Part shown: positions 18,817 to 27,299 of the stretch, piece by piece
Layout of the letters: every line of letters starts with the position of its first letter
Position numbering within the stretch: the stretch's first letter is position 1
Assembly (NCBI GenBank): GCA_964460855.1
Contig: CAYWQH010000004.1
Coordinates: 1-37,014, forward strand
Direction: 5' to 3'
DNA from: an uncultured Candidatus Saccharibacteria bacterium
Lineage (GTDB): Bacteria; Patescibacteriota; Saccharimonadia; Saccharimonadales; UBA10212
DNA length: 37,014 nt
Position numbers and translations under genes: made by a program
Notes under the pieces: model-generated
Database searches by the model: none
Seen by the model: the letters and a program-made list of their open reading frames with translations, nothing else
What the model was told of the DNA's origin: nothing

Positions 18817-20349
18817 ATGCAATGGCTTAACCGTGTAGCCGATGAGTTAATGCGGCGCACTCCCGACGGGGAGATTATTATAAGCTCCGGCGTATCGCCG
18901 TCGGGCATGTACCATATGGGGCATTTGCGCGAGCTGCTTATTTCGGATGCCGTCCGGGTTGAGCTGGTCCGCCGCGGCCGCCAGGCCCGCCATATAAATA
19001 TCGTCGATAACATGGATGTTTTCCGTAAAGTCCCGGTAAATGTGCCGGCCGATTTTGAGCAGTACCTGGGGCGGCCACTGTGCGATATCCCGGCGCCCGA
19101 TGGCTCGGACATGTCGTACGCCGAATATTTTCTTACCAGCTTCAAAAGGGCCGCCGAAATTCTCGGCTGCGAGCTGGATATTTGGTACAGCCACGAACAT
19201 TACCGCAGCGGCTATTTCGTACCGGCTATCGAACGTTCGCTGGAGCGGCTGGACACGGTACGCGACGTGCTGCAATCGGTTTCCGGCCGAAAACTGGACA
19301 ATACCTGGTCGCCAATCCAAGTTTTAGAAGACGGCCGGTTGAAAAACCGCACCTTCGTTTCGCTAAACCACGAAACAAAAGAAATTACTTATACGGATAA
19401 AGACGGCCGGCAGCAAGTAACCGGTTATGCTAACGGGCAGGTGAAACTGGATTGGCGCATTGACTGGCCGGCGCGCTGGTGGTTGTTGCCGGTACACTGT
19501 GAGCCATTCGGCCGCGACCACGCCACCAAAGGCGGCAGTTATGATACCGGAGAAGCTTTAATGGCCAAAGTTTTTGAAGCGCCGGCGCCGCTGCCGGTTA
19601 AATATGACGACATTAAACGCACCGGAGACACCCAAAAAATGAGCGCTAGCAAGGGCACTGGCATTGAAATTGGCGAAGCCGCCCAGGTTCTGCCGCCAGA
19701 AGTCGTACGTTACTTTATTTTGCGCAGCGACCCGGCCAAACAGTTGTATTTTGACGAGGGTGAAGGGGCAATCAGGCTAATCGACGATTTCGCGGCCCTG
19801 GCCAGCAAAACCGACCGTAGCGACGGCGAGCAGCAGCTTTATGAGCTTTGCACACATGGAATTAATGAAACTACCGTCAGCGCCGTGCCGTATTCCCACT
19901 TAGTAGCAAATTACCAGGCTGCCTTGAAAAACACCGACGCCACGATTGCCGGATTGGCCCGCAGCGAATACAAGGTTGTCGCCGAAAAGCAGCGCGGCAC
20001 CATTGTTAAAGAACTGGCTTTTATTGACCGCTGGCTGGAAAAATGGGCACCGGAAGAAGTAAAATTCGATCTTAGGCAGTCAGCCGATAAAGCTGATTTT
20101 AGTGAACAGCAAGTAGAATGGTTCGGTGAATTGGCCGCCCTTATCGCCGATGCCCCTGATGATGCCGATGGCGAATGGTTCCACAAGGCGCTATACACTT
20201 TGAAAGAAAAGCACAACCTGGAACCCAAAGACATTTTTAGCCCGTTATACCGTTTGCTGATAAATAAAGATTCCGGGCCGCGGGCCGGCTGGTTTTTGCA
20301 GATGCTGCCGCGCGACTGGCTGTTGGCCCGATTGCGGTTTGAAAGCTAA
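18817..20349 (+). CDS. lysS: Lysine--tRNA ligase, class I
   Basis: SGVSPSGMYHMGH (HIGH), KLDWRIDWPARW, EPFGRDH, KMSASKG (KMSKS), SGPRAGWF. Confidence 0.94.
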   Translation: MQWLNRVADELMRRTPDGEIIISSGVSPSGMYHMGHLRELLISDAVRVELVRRGRQARHINIVDNMDVFRKVPVNVPADFEQYLGRPLCDIPAPDGSDMSYAEYFLTSFKRAAEILGCELDIWYSHEHYRSGYFVPAIERSLERLDTVRDVLQSVSGRKLDNTWSPIQVLEDGRLKNRTFVSLNHETKEITYTDKDGRQQVTGYANGQVKLDWRIDWPARWWLLPVHCEPFGRDHATKGGSYDTGEALMAKVFEAPAPLPVKYDDIKRTGDTQKMSASKGTGIEIGEAAQVLPPEVVRYFILRSDPAKQLYFDEGEGAIRLIDDFAALASKTDRSDGEQQLYELCTHGINETTVSAVPYSHLVANYQAALKNTDATIAGLARSEYKVVAEKQRGTIVKELAFIDRWLEKWAPEEVKFDLRQSADKADFSEQQVEWFGELAALIADAPDDADGEWFHKALYTLKEKHNLEPKDIFSPLYRLLINKDSGPRAGWFLQMLPRDWLLARLRFES

Positions 20350-20935
20350 AAAGGATTTCTTAGGCCTTAGCTCATTGCAAGTTGCGCCAATGCTGCTAGG
20401 TTGGGTTATCGAACGGCAGTTTCCCGGCGCCACAGTGCAGTTAAAAATAGTCGAAACTGAGGCCTACCACCAGGACGACCCGGCCAGCCATAGTTACCGG
20501 GGCCAAACAAAACGAACAGCTCCGATGTTCAAATCCGCCGGCCATATTTATGTTTATTTCACCTATGGCAGGCACTATTGCATAAATATTGTGACAGGGC
20601 CGGCCGGGCAGGGCGAAGCCGTGTTATTGCGGGCCGCCGAACCGTTGAACGGAATACGGTTAATACGCCAAAACCGGCAGACGGCAAAGGGCGATATACA
20701 ATTAACTAACGGGCCGGGCAAATTAGCCCAAGCGCTAGGTATCACCAATGCTAATATGTCCGGGAAATTGCTTGGAAACGACACTTTTATTTTGCGTCCC
20801 CCAGATAAGCAATTGAAAAAATCGGATATTGTAATTACTACAAGAGTTGGCATTTCCAAGGCGGCTAAAAAGCCTTGGCGCTTTTATATAGCCGGCAACC
20901 CGTATGTTTCGCCGCCCAAATTACGGCTGAAGTAA
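20339..20935 (+). CDS. mpg: DNA-3-methyladenine glycosylase (AAG/MPG family)
   Basis: IVETEAY, DPASH, YVYFTYG, AVLLRA, NGPGKL, RVGIS, PWRFY; TTG start. Confidence 0.93.
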   Translation: MKAKKDFLGLSSLQVAPMLLGWVIERQFPGATVQLKIVETEAYHQDDPASHSYRGQTKRTAPMFKSAGHIYVYFTYGRHYCINIVTGPAGQGEAVLLRAAEPLNGIRLIRQNRQTAKGDIQLTNGPGKLAQALGITNANMSGKLLGNDTFILRPPDKQLKKSDIVITTRVGISKAAKKPWRFYIAGNPYVSPPKLRLK

Positions 20936-22545
20936 CTGTCGTGCGAAATGTAAATTACCGCGCCGTGGTAATTAGCCAGGGCATTTTCTAACTCTTCGAT
21001 GCTTGGCAGGTCCAGGTGGTTAGTTGGTTCATCCAGTACCAGCAAATTCGGGCTGCCGGCCAGCATCCTAATTAATTGCAAGCGCGCTTTCTGGCCCCCG
21101 CTTAAATTGCTTACCATCTTGTCGGCATCGGCAATCGGGTCAAATAAATAATCACCCATTTTTTGCATAATTAATTGCCGGTTTATTGGCGCGCCGGCTT
21201 GCCTAAAAATTTGTTCGACAGCGTCATACAGCGATAAATTTAACAAATCACTGGACACTTCTTGTTCATAAAAGGCTAAACGAAGTTCCCGGCCTGGTTC
21301 AATCCGGCCGCTAATTAAAGTACCAGCTTTTTTGCCGGCTACGGCGGCCATTATTGTCCGTACCAAGGTAGTTTTACCGGCGCCGTTGCGCCCGACGATG
21401 TGGAAGCGGTCGCCGTGTTTTAGGTTAAAACTAACCGGTTCGAATAACGGCTGGCCGTTATAACCGACTTGGACATTTTCGACGGTCAAAATAACCGAAG
21501 ACCGCTCGTCTAATTTAGCTCCGGTTAAGCGGATATTTTTAGCTTTATGTTTTTGGTAGCTGCTGGTTAATTTGGGATTAAGGGCCGCAGCCGACTCCTG
21601 GTCGATCCAAAAGCTGGGCTTCGGGTTAGCCGCTTCAACCGCTTTAAGCTGCTTGGACAGGCGGTTTTCCATTACTACGAATGGGTTCTTTTGGTCGGCC
21701 GTACCGCTCCAGCTCGGCTTTTTAGCCCGGGCCGATTCAATCTGTTTTTTGAGGTTTTTAATAGTATTTTGGGCGATCTCGTAATTTTGCAGGGCGTCAG
21801 TGGTTTTACGGGTGTTTTGGGCCAAATAGTCATCATAATTACCGCGGTATTCAAAAGTTCTTAAATCTTTAATTTCAATAATTTTATCGACGGCCTTCAA
21901 AACGTCGCGGTCGTGGCTGATAACCAGGCAGGCGTGCGGGGCGGCTTCCAGCCAATCTATAAAAGCCCGTTTGGCTACAAAATCCATGTGGTTGGTCGGC
22001 TCGTCAATCAGGGCCAGGTCGGGCTCGCTAAACTGTACCCTCACTAAATCCACGAACCTTTTTTGGCCGCCGCTTAGCTGCTTCATCGGCAAGTTAATTT
22101 TTTGCTCATCAAGCTGGTACTTGCCCAGCGCGCCGGTTAATTTATTTTCAATGTTGTAATAATCCAGTTCGCCAAAGCGATTAAGCGCGTCGCTGTACCG
22201 GCTGATCAGATGCATTTTATCGCCCATTTTTTCGGGGTATGTATTAATAATTTTTTTCAGCTCCTGGTACTCAGGTAACTGGCCCAAGATATATTCGATA
22301 GCTGTTTGGCCGGCCAAATCCAGGTGCTCCTGTTCGGTACTGACAATTCGCACCCGGCGGTTAACTTCAATTTCGCCGTCAAATTCACTGTCAGCTCCAG
22401 TCAGGCTGCGAAACAATGTAGTTTTGCCGACGCCGTTACGGCCGATCAGGCCGATTTTATCGCCGGCATGGATTTTAAGAACCAGGTCTTTAAATAATTC
22501 CTGGTTGCCGATAATTTTATGGGTGATTTTAGCTTGCAGCAGCAT
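20884..22545 (-). CDS. ABC-F family ATP-binding protein (ribosome-associated)
   Basis: Two ABC cassettes (GRNGVGKT, LSGGQ, DEPTNH; GRNGAGKT, LSGGQ, DEPTNHLD) and no TM segments. Start at ATG 22545 or GTG 22551. Confidence 0.92.
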   Translation of the reverse strand: MLLQAKITHKIIGNQELFKDLVLKIHAGDKIGLIGRNGVGKTTLFRSLTGADSEFDGEIEVNRRVRIVSTEQEHLDLAGQTAIEYILGQLPEYQELKKIINTYPEKMGDKMHLISRYSDALNRFGELDYYNIENKLTGALGKYQLDEQKINLPMKQLSGGQKRFVDLVRVQFSEPDLALIDEPTNHMDFVAKRAFIDWLEAAPHACLVISHDRDVLKAVDKIIEIKDLRTFEYRGNYDDYLAQNTRKTTDALQNYEIAQNTIKNLKKQIESARAKKPSWSGTADQKNPFVVMENRLSKQLKAVEAANPKPSFWIDQESAAALNPKLTSSYQKHKAKNIRLTGAKLDERSSVILTVENVQVGYNGQPLFEPVSFNLKHGDRFHIVGRNGAGKTTLVRTIMAAVAGKKAGTLISGRIEPGRELRLAFYEQEVSSDLLNLSLYDAVEQIFRQAGAPINRQLIMQKMGDYLFDPIADADKMVSNLSGGQKARLQLIRMLAGSPNLLVLDEPTNHLDLPSIEELENALANYHGAVIYISHDSYFSRNLGGETYGLPAI

Positions 22546-22592
22546 AACCACACTATGTTAACACCGATGATTAAACAGTTATAATAATAAGT

Positions 22593-23081
22593 ATGAATAA
22601 TACAGCTATCTTTGCAGCAGGATGTTTTTGGGGTGTGCAGTTTTATTTTGACCAAGTGCCAGGAGTTGTAAATACAGAAGTAGGCTACATTGGAGGCCAT
22701 ACCGAAAACCCCACATACGAGCAGGTATGCTCGCACACTACCGGCCACGCCGAAGCGACTAAAATCGAATTCGACCCGGAGAAAATAACTTACGAAACTT
22801 TATTAAAACAATTTTTCCGGATGCACGACCCGACGCAACTTAACCGCCAGGGCCCGGATGTTGGCGACAGTTACCGCTCGGCGATATTTTATTTGGACGA
22901 CAACCAAAAAGACGAAGCCCAAAAAATTATTGGTGGGCTTAATAAATCCGAGTTCAACGGCAAAATAGTTACAAGTTTAGAAAAAGCCGGCACATTTTGG
23001 CCGGCCGAAGATTACCACCAAAAGTTTACTGAGAAAACAGGCAGGGGAATGTGCCATATTCCATATGCGGCCGTTTCGTAG
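22593..23081 (+). CDS. msrA: Peptide methionine sulfoxide reductase MsrA
   Basis: GCFWG, TGHAE, HDPTQLNRQGPDVG, YRSAI, AEDYHQ, C-terminal CH. Confidence 0.96.
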   Translation: MNNTAIFAAGCFWGVQFYFDQVPGVVNTEVGYIGGHTENPTYEQVCSHTTGHAEATKIEFDPEKITYETLLKQFFRMHDPTQLNRQGPDVGDSYRSAIFYLDDNQKDEAQKIIGGLNKSEFNGKIVTSLEKAGTFWPAEDYHQKFTEKTGRGMCHIPYAAVS

Positions 23082-23115
23082 TTTTTTAGTGTTTTAAGCT
23101 ATACAATTAATACCA

Positions 23116-24897
23116 ATGAGCAACCTCAAACGGCGGGTTTCTTTGTCGCTTGTATGGCTGGTTATACTTGCCGGCGTATTCGCGCTTTGGCCGGCAAAAC
23201 ATACCTCAGCCGATGTAAATGATTTTGAAATTAATAGTTTTGACGCTACATATGATTTAGATAAATCCAACCCGCACGGCCATATGAAGGTCGAAGAAAA
23301 AATCCAGGTCGATTTCCATGATTTTAACCACGGCATTTTAAGGGCCATTCCGGAAACTTATAAAGGCCACTCGCTACACGTGAAAGTTCAATCAGTAAAA
23401 GATATGGACGGCGCGGAGCGGCCATACACGACATATACTTCCAGCCAAAATCTGGTCTTAAAAATCGGCGATCCCAATAATACCGTTACCGGCCATAATT
23501 TTTATGATATTTCGTATTCGTTGGACGGACCGATAACTTTTTATAGTGACCACGACGAACTGTTTTGGGATATTAATGGCGACCAATGGGGCCAAACCGC
23601 CGCAGAAGTTAAAGCGACTTTTAATATCGCCGATAAGATAACTTTAAAAACTGATAATGGTTATACTCCGCGTTGTTATACCGGCAGCTTTGGCTCCACT
23701 GCCGTAAACTGCACGGTTAATTACGAAAACCCCAATCTCATTAACGCCGCCACCACCCAGCCGTTGAACAGCCATGAAACATTATCGGTAGTATTGGCTT
23801 TTCCGGCCGGCACTTTCGCCAAATATACGCTGCTTGATAAGTTATTGGACGACAAAATAGGCCTTGTGCTAATCGCCGCGGTGATTTTGGCTTTTATAGT
23901 TGCCTTCAGGACATGGTGGCGATATGGCAAAGATTTTAAGGGCCGGGGAGTGGTAGTTCCGGAATATGAGCCGCCTAAAAATTTTGACCCGCCGCGGGCC
24001 GGGACTTTATGGGATTACAACTTTGACGGCAAAGATTTAACGGCCTCGATAATAAATATGGCGATTAACGGCTATATTCAAATCGTCGAATCAACCGAAA
24101 AGAAACGATTGCGCCGGGATACCGAAAAAACCATCCTGGTTTTAAAAAAGAATAACTTCGAAGGCTTAAGCCAATACGAAGTAATGATTATGAACGCGCT
24201 GTTTCCGGGCCAAGAATTAGGCGCAACAAAAGAGTTAGGCAAGAATTCATCAAAATTAGCCGATATATTATCGAAAATAAACAAGGGCCTGGACGATGAT
24301 TTATCAAATGACGGTTATTTTGACGGCAACCCGCGGAAAACCCGTTTTCTGACTATCGTATTACCGATGACAGCTACGCTCTTAATTACCTGGTTTTCAT
24401 TTAAACACTGGCATTACTTTGTAGGAATTATCGGTTTGGCAGCTTTGGTGGCGATGGGATTTTTAGCCGCTAAAATGCCGCGCCGGACTAAACTGGGACA
24501 AGATACGCTGGACCAGCTCAAAGGCCTGAAGCTATACATAGAGACCGCCGAGAAGGACCGCATTAAAATGATGCAAAGCCCTAACGCGCCGTATGCCGCC
24601 AATGCCTCCGAGCCGACCAGGACGGTAAATTTATTCGAAAAATTACTGCCCTACGCCATTATTTTCGGCGTCGAAAAACAGTGGGCCGAGCAGTTTAAAG
24701 ATATATATACACAACCGCCCGATTGGTATCAGGGAAATTGGAGCGCATTTAATACCGGCGTCCTGGTCAGCCATTTAAACAGCAGCTCGCAAGCTTTAAA
24801 CGCGTCGTTTGCCGCGCCCAGCAGCAGCGGCGGCTCAGGATTTGGCGGCGGCGGTGCTGGCGGCGGTGGCGGGGGCGGCGGCGGGGGCGGCTGGTGA
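23116..24897 (+). CDS. DUF2207-family membrane protein
   Basis: Signal peptide, HGILRAIP, ELFWDING, EYEPP, FEKLLPYAIIFGVEKQW, Gly-rich tail ending GGGW. Confidence 0.9.
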   Translation: MSNLKRRVSLSLVWLVILAGVFALWPAKHTSADVNDFEINSFDATYDLDKSNPHGHMKVEEKIQVDFHDFNHGILRAIPETYKGHSLHVKVQSVKDMDGAERPYTTYTSSQNLVLKIGDPNNTVTGHNFYDISYSLDGPITFYSDHDELFWDINGDQWGQTAAEVKATFNIADKITLKTDNGYTPRCYTGSFGSTAVNCTVNYENPNLINAATTQPLNSHETLSVVLAFPAGTFAKYTLLDKLLDDKIGLVLIAAVILAFIVAFRTWWRYGKDFKGRGVVVPEYEPPKNFDPPRAGTLWDYNFDGKDLTASIINMAINGYIQIVESTEKKRLRRDTEKTILVLKKNNFEGLSQYEVMIMNALFPGQELGATKELGKNSSKLADILSKINKGLDDDLSNDGYFDGNPRKTRFLTIVLPMTATLLITWFSFKHWHYFVGIIGLAALVAMGFLAAKMPRRTKLGQDTLDQLKGLKLYIETAEKDRIKMMQSPNAPYAANASEPTRTVNLFEKLLPYAIIFGVEKQWAEQFKDIYTQPPDWYQGNWSAFNTGVLVSHLNSSSQALNASFAAPSSSGGSGFGGGGAGGGGGGGGGGGW

Positions 24898-25067
24898 CCA
24901 AACACTCGCACCGGACTGCAATAATCCGGCGTAGCCGGGATTTATTGCAGCCCTTTTGGCGAATCGCTGCGTTGCCGGCTCCAGTACTCCCTTAACGTAC
25001 CATAGCGTACGTTGCGGTCCGTGCTTCGCCAGCGCCTTGCGCTTCATCCAAATGCGAGCGTTTGGCC
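24896..25067 (-). mobile_element. Palindromic non-autonomous element (MITE-like, RPE-1-like core) with a nested hairpin
   Basis: Terminal inverted repeats CCAAACACTCGCA (24898-24910) and TGCGAGCGTTTGG (25053-25065). Central AACGTAC-N6-GTACGTT palindrome. Minus-strand core AAGGCG...ACCGCAACGTAC...GTACGT...AGTAC...CAACGCAG. Confidence 0.65.
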
Positions 25068-25126
25068 CGTCTGCCACTATATGCCGCCCCCTAAATTGTT
25101 AATGGCTAGTAGTACAATATTAATAT

Positions 25127-26554
25127 ATGGAATCTTTGGGGCAGCCTTGGGCAATAGTTGACATTGAAACTAACGGCCTGAGCCATTTTAGCGGCAAAGT
25201 AATAGAAATTGGCGTCATCAGGGTAGAAGGCAATCGGATTGTCGATGAATTCCAGAGCCTGGTAAATCCCGGCGGGCCGTTGCCCCAGTTTATTAGTAAC
25301 TTAACCGGCATTTCTACTGAAGAAGTCCTGGCAGCGCCGGATTTTGAATCGGTCGAGCCGCGGCTCAGCCAGATTATGGATGGCGCTTTGATGGTAGCCC
25401 ACAACGCCCGCTTCGATTACTCGTTTATTAAGCAGGAATATGCCCGTCTGGGCCAGGCGTTTAAGCCTAAATTAATGTGTACGGTCCGTCTGTCTAAGAA
25501 GTTAAACCCGCAACACCGCCGCCATGGTTTAGAACACATAATTAACAGATATAACTTAGAACTTCCGAGCCGCCACCGGGCCTATGACGACGCTCTGGCT
25601 GTCTGGAAATTTATCGAGTTGATGCAAAACGAATTCACCCCGGATGTATTCTCCGCCGCCGTAAAATCGCAATTTAAGCGACAGGCTTTGCCTTCGCATT
25701 TAAGTGACGGACAGATAGACGGCCTGCCGGACAGCCCCGGTGTTTATATTTTTGAAGACGAAGCCGGCAAGCCGATTTATATCGGCAAAAGCGTAAACAT
25801 AAAAAAACGGGTGCTGTCGCACTTTACCGCCGACCAGTCCGAAGAAAAAGAATTAAAAATGTCGCAGTTGGTGCGTAACATATCGGCCATTTCTACTAAC
25901 GGCGAACTGGAAGCTTTGCTGTTGGAAAACCAAATGGTTAAAGAACTATCTCCGGTTTATAACCGCAAGTTGCGTAATTTACGGCAAATGACAGTTGCCG
26001 TAAAAAACATGGACGACGCCGGCTACCTCAAAATAAACTTTTTGGAAAAGGCCGAAATTGACCCGTCCGAAACCGGCGATTTGCTGGGCATATTCCGCAG
26101 CCGACGCCAAGCTGCCAGCCGTTTGGAAGACCTGGCCAAAACATTTGAACTTTGCCCGCGTTTGTTGGGGCTGCAAGCCGGCAAGGGCCGGTGTTTTTGG
26201 TCACAGCTGGGGCGCTGCCGGGGAGCTTGTGGCGGACTGGAGCCGGCCGAAGTGTATAACCGCCGCCTGCTTATTGCTTTTGATAGTTCGCGGGTAAGGC
26301 AATGGCCTTACCGGTCGCCGATTTTAGTCAAAGAATTTAACGGCGAGCAGAACAGCTCGGCCGTGATTATCGACCAGTGGTGCATCGTTGCCCAATTAAA
26401 ACAAGAGGCTTACGGCGAGGTTACTGCCCAACCCGTTAAAAGGCGCTTCGACCTGGATATTTACCGGATTTTACAGTCATTTTTAAGCAAGCCGGCTGCT
26501 TCGGCGGTAATTACGCCCATTACTAACCGCCAGCTGCAATCACTTTTAGGCTAA
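25127..26554 (+). CDS. DEDDh (DnaQ-like) exonuclease fused to a UvrC/Cho-like GIY-YIG endonuclease
   Basis: VDIETNG, AHNARFD, HRAYDDA; PGVYIF...IYIGKS...RVLSHF, E..ALLLE, PVYN; Cys cluster C...C-x6-C-x3-C. Confidence 0.9.
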   Translation: MESLGQPWAIVDIETNGLSHFSGKVIEIGVIRVEGNRIVDEFQSLVNPGGPLPQFISNLTGISTEEVLAAPDFESVEPRLSQIMDGALMVAHNARFDYSFIKQEYARLGQAFKPKLMCTVRLSKKLNPQHRRHGLEHIINRYNLELPSRHRAYDDALAVWKFIELMQNEFTPDVFSAAVKSQFKRQALPSHLSDGQIDGLPDSPGVYIFEDEAGKPIYIGKSVNIKKRVLSHFTADQSEEKELKMSQLVRNISAISTNGELEALLLENQMVKELSPVYNRKLRNLRQMTVAVKNMDDAGYLKINFLEKAEIDPSETGDLLGIFRSRRQAASRLEDLAKTFELCPRLLGLQAGKGRCFWSQLGRCRGACGGLEPAEVYNRRLLIAFDSSRVRQWPYRSPILVKEFNGEQNSSAVIIDQWCIVAQLKQEAYGEVTAQPVKRRFDLDIYRILQSFLSKPAASAVITPITNRQLQSLLG

Positions 26555-26568
26555 AGCGGTATAAATAT

Positions 26569-26602
26569 TCTCAGAAACTTCTCAGTAATTAGCTGGTAAA
26601 AT
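26569..26602 (+). promoter_or_regulatory. OmpR-type direct repeat TCTCAG-N5-TCTCAG plus extended -10 (autoregulatory promoter)
   Basis: TCTCAG aaact TCTCAG (26569-26585), then TGG-TAAAAT (26597-26602), 6 nt before the response regulator ATG. Confidence 0.75.
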
Positions 26603-26608
26603 TAATTT

Positions 26609-27292
26609 ATGAGGATATTAATTGTCGAAGACGAGCAAAAAATTGCCCGGGCCCTAAAACGCGGCCTGGAACACGAGTCTTTTGCGGTCGACCTGGAGTT
26701 CGACGGCGACAGCGGGCTGGCCGCCGCCCGCTATGAACCCTACGATTTGATTATTCTGGACCGCATGCTGCCCGGCGGTTACGACGGCCTGCAAATTGCC
26801 GCCGAACTGCGCAAAGATAAAAAGAAAGTGCCGATATTAATGCTGACTGCCAAAGATGCCGTAAACAGCCGGGTAGAAGGCCTTAATGCCGGCGCCGACG
26901 ATTACCTGGTAAAGCCTTTCGCTTTTGAAGAGCTGCTGGCCAGGATTAGGGCCTTGCTGCGGCGGCCGCACGACCACCAAAATAACGTTCTTACCTATAG
27001 TGACCTGCAAATAGATACTCTAAGCCGCCGGGTAACCCGCGGCGGCAAGCCAATCAACCTAACCTTAAAAGAGTATTCTTTGCTGGAATATATGGCGCGT
27101 AACGCCGAAGTGGTCCTTAGCAAACAACAAATAATCGAACATGTCTGGAACTTCGACGCCGACGTATTGCCCAACACCGTAGAAGTTTACATGGGCTATT
27201 TACGGGCCAAAATAGAGCGGCCGTTTAAAGGCGAGCCGGCCTTGTTGCAAACCAAACGCGGCTTTGGCTACACTTTGAGCCGAGAAAACTGA
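26609..27292 (+). CDS. OmpR/PhoB-family response regulator
   Basis: ILIVEDE, ILDRMLP, LMLTAKD, GADDYLVKPF, winged helix (NTVEVY...RGFGY). Confidence 0.96.
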   Translation: MRILIVEDEQKIARALKRGLEHESFAVDLEFDGDSGLAAARYEPYDLIILDRMLPGGYDGLQIAAELRKDKKKVPILMLTAKDAVNSRVEGLNAGADDYLVKPFAFEELLARIRALLRRPHDHQNNVLTYSDLQIDTLSRRVTRGGKPINLTLKEYSLLEYMARNAEVVLSKQQIIEHVWNFDADVLPNTVEVYMGYLRAKIERPFKGEPALLQTKRGFGYTLSREN

Positions 27293-27299
27293 ATAGCCG

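Noticed and set aside
24826-24894. (GGC)n-like repeat
   Set aside because: It encodes the normal Gly-rich C-terminus of DUF2207 proteins.
24835-25077. 80-aa minus-strand ORF in the ORF track
   Set aside because: It coincides with the palindromic element and runs antisense into the Gly-rich DUF2207 tail. Better explained as an open frame within the repeat than as a gene.
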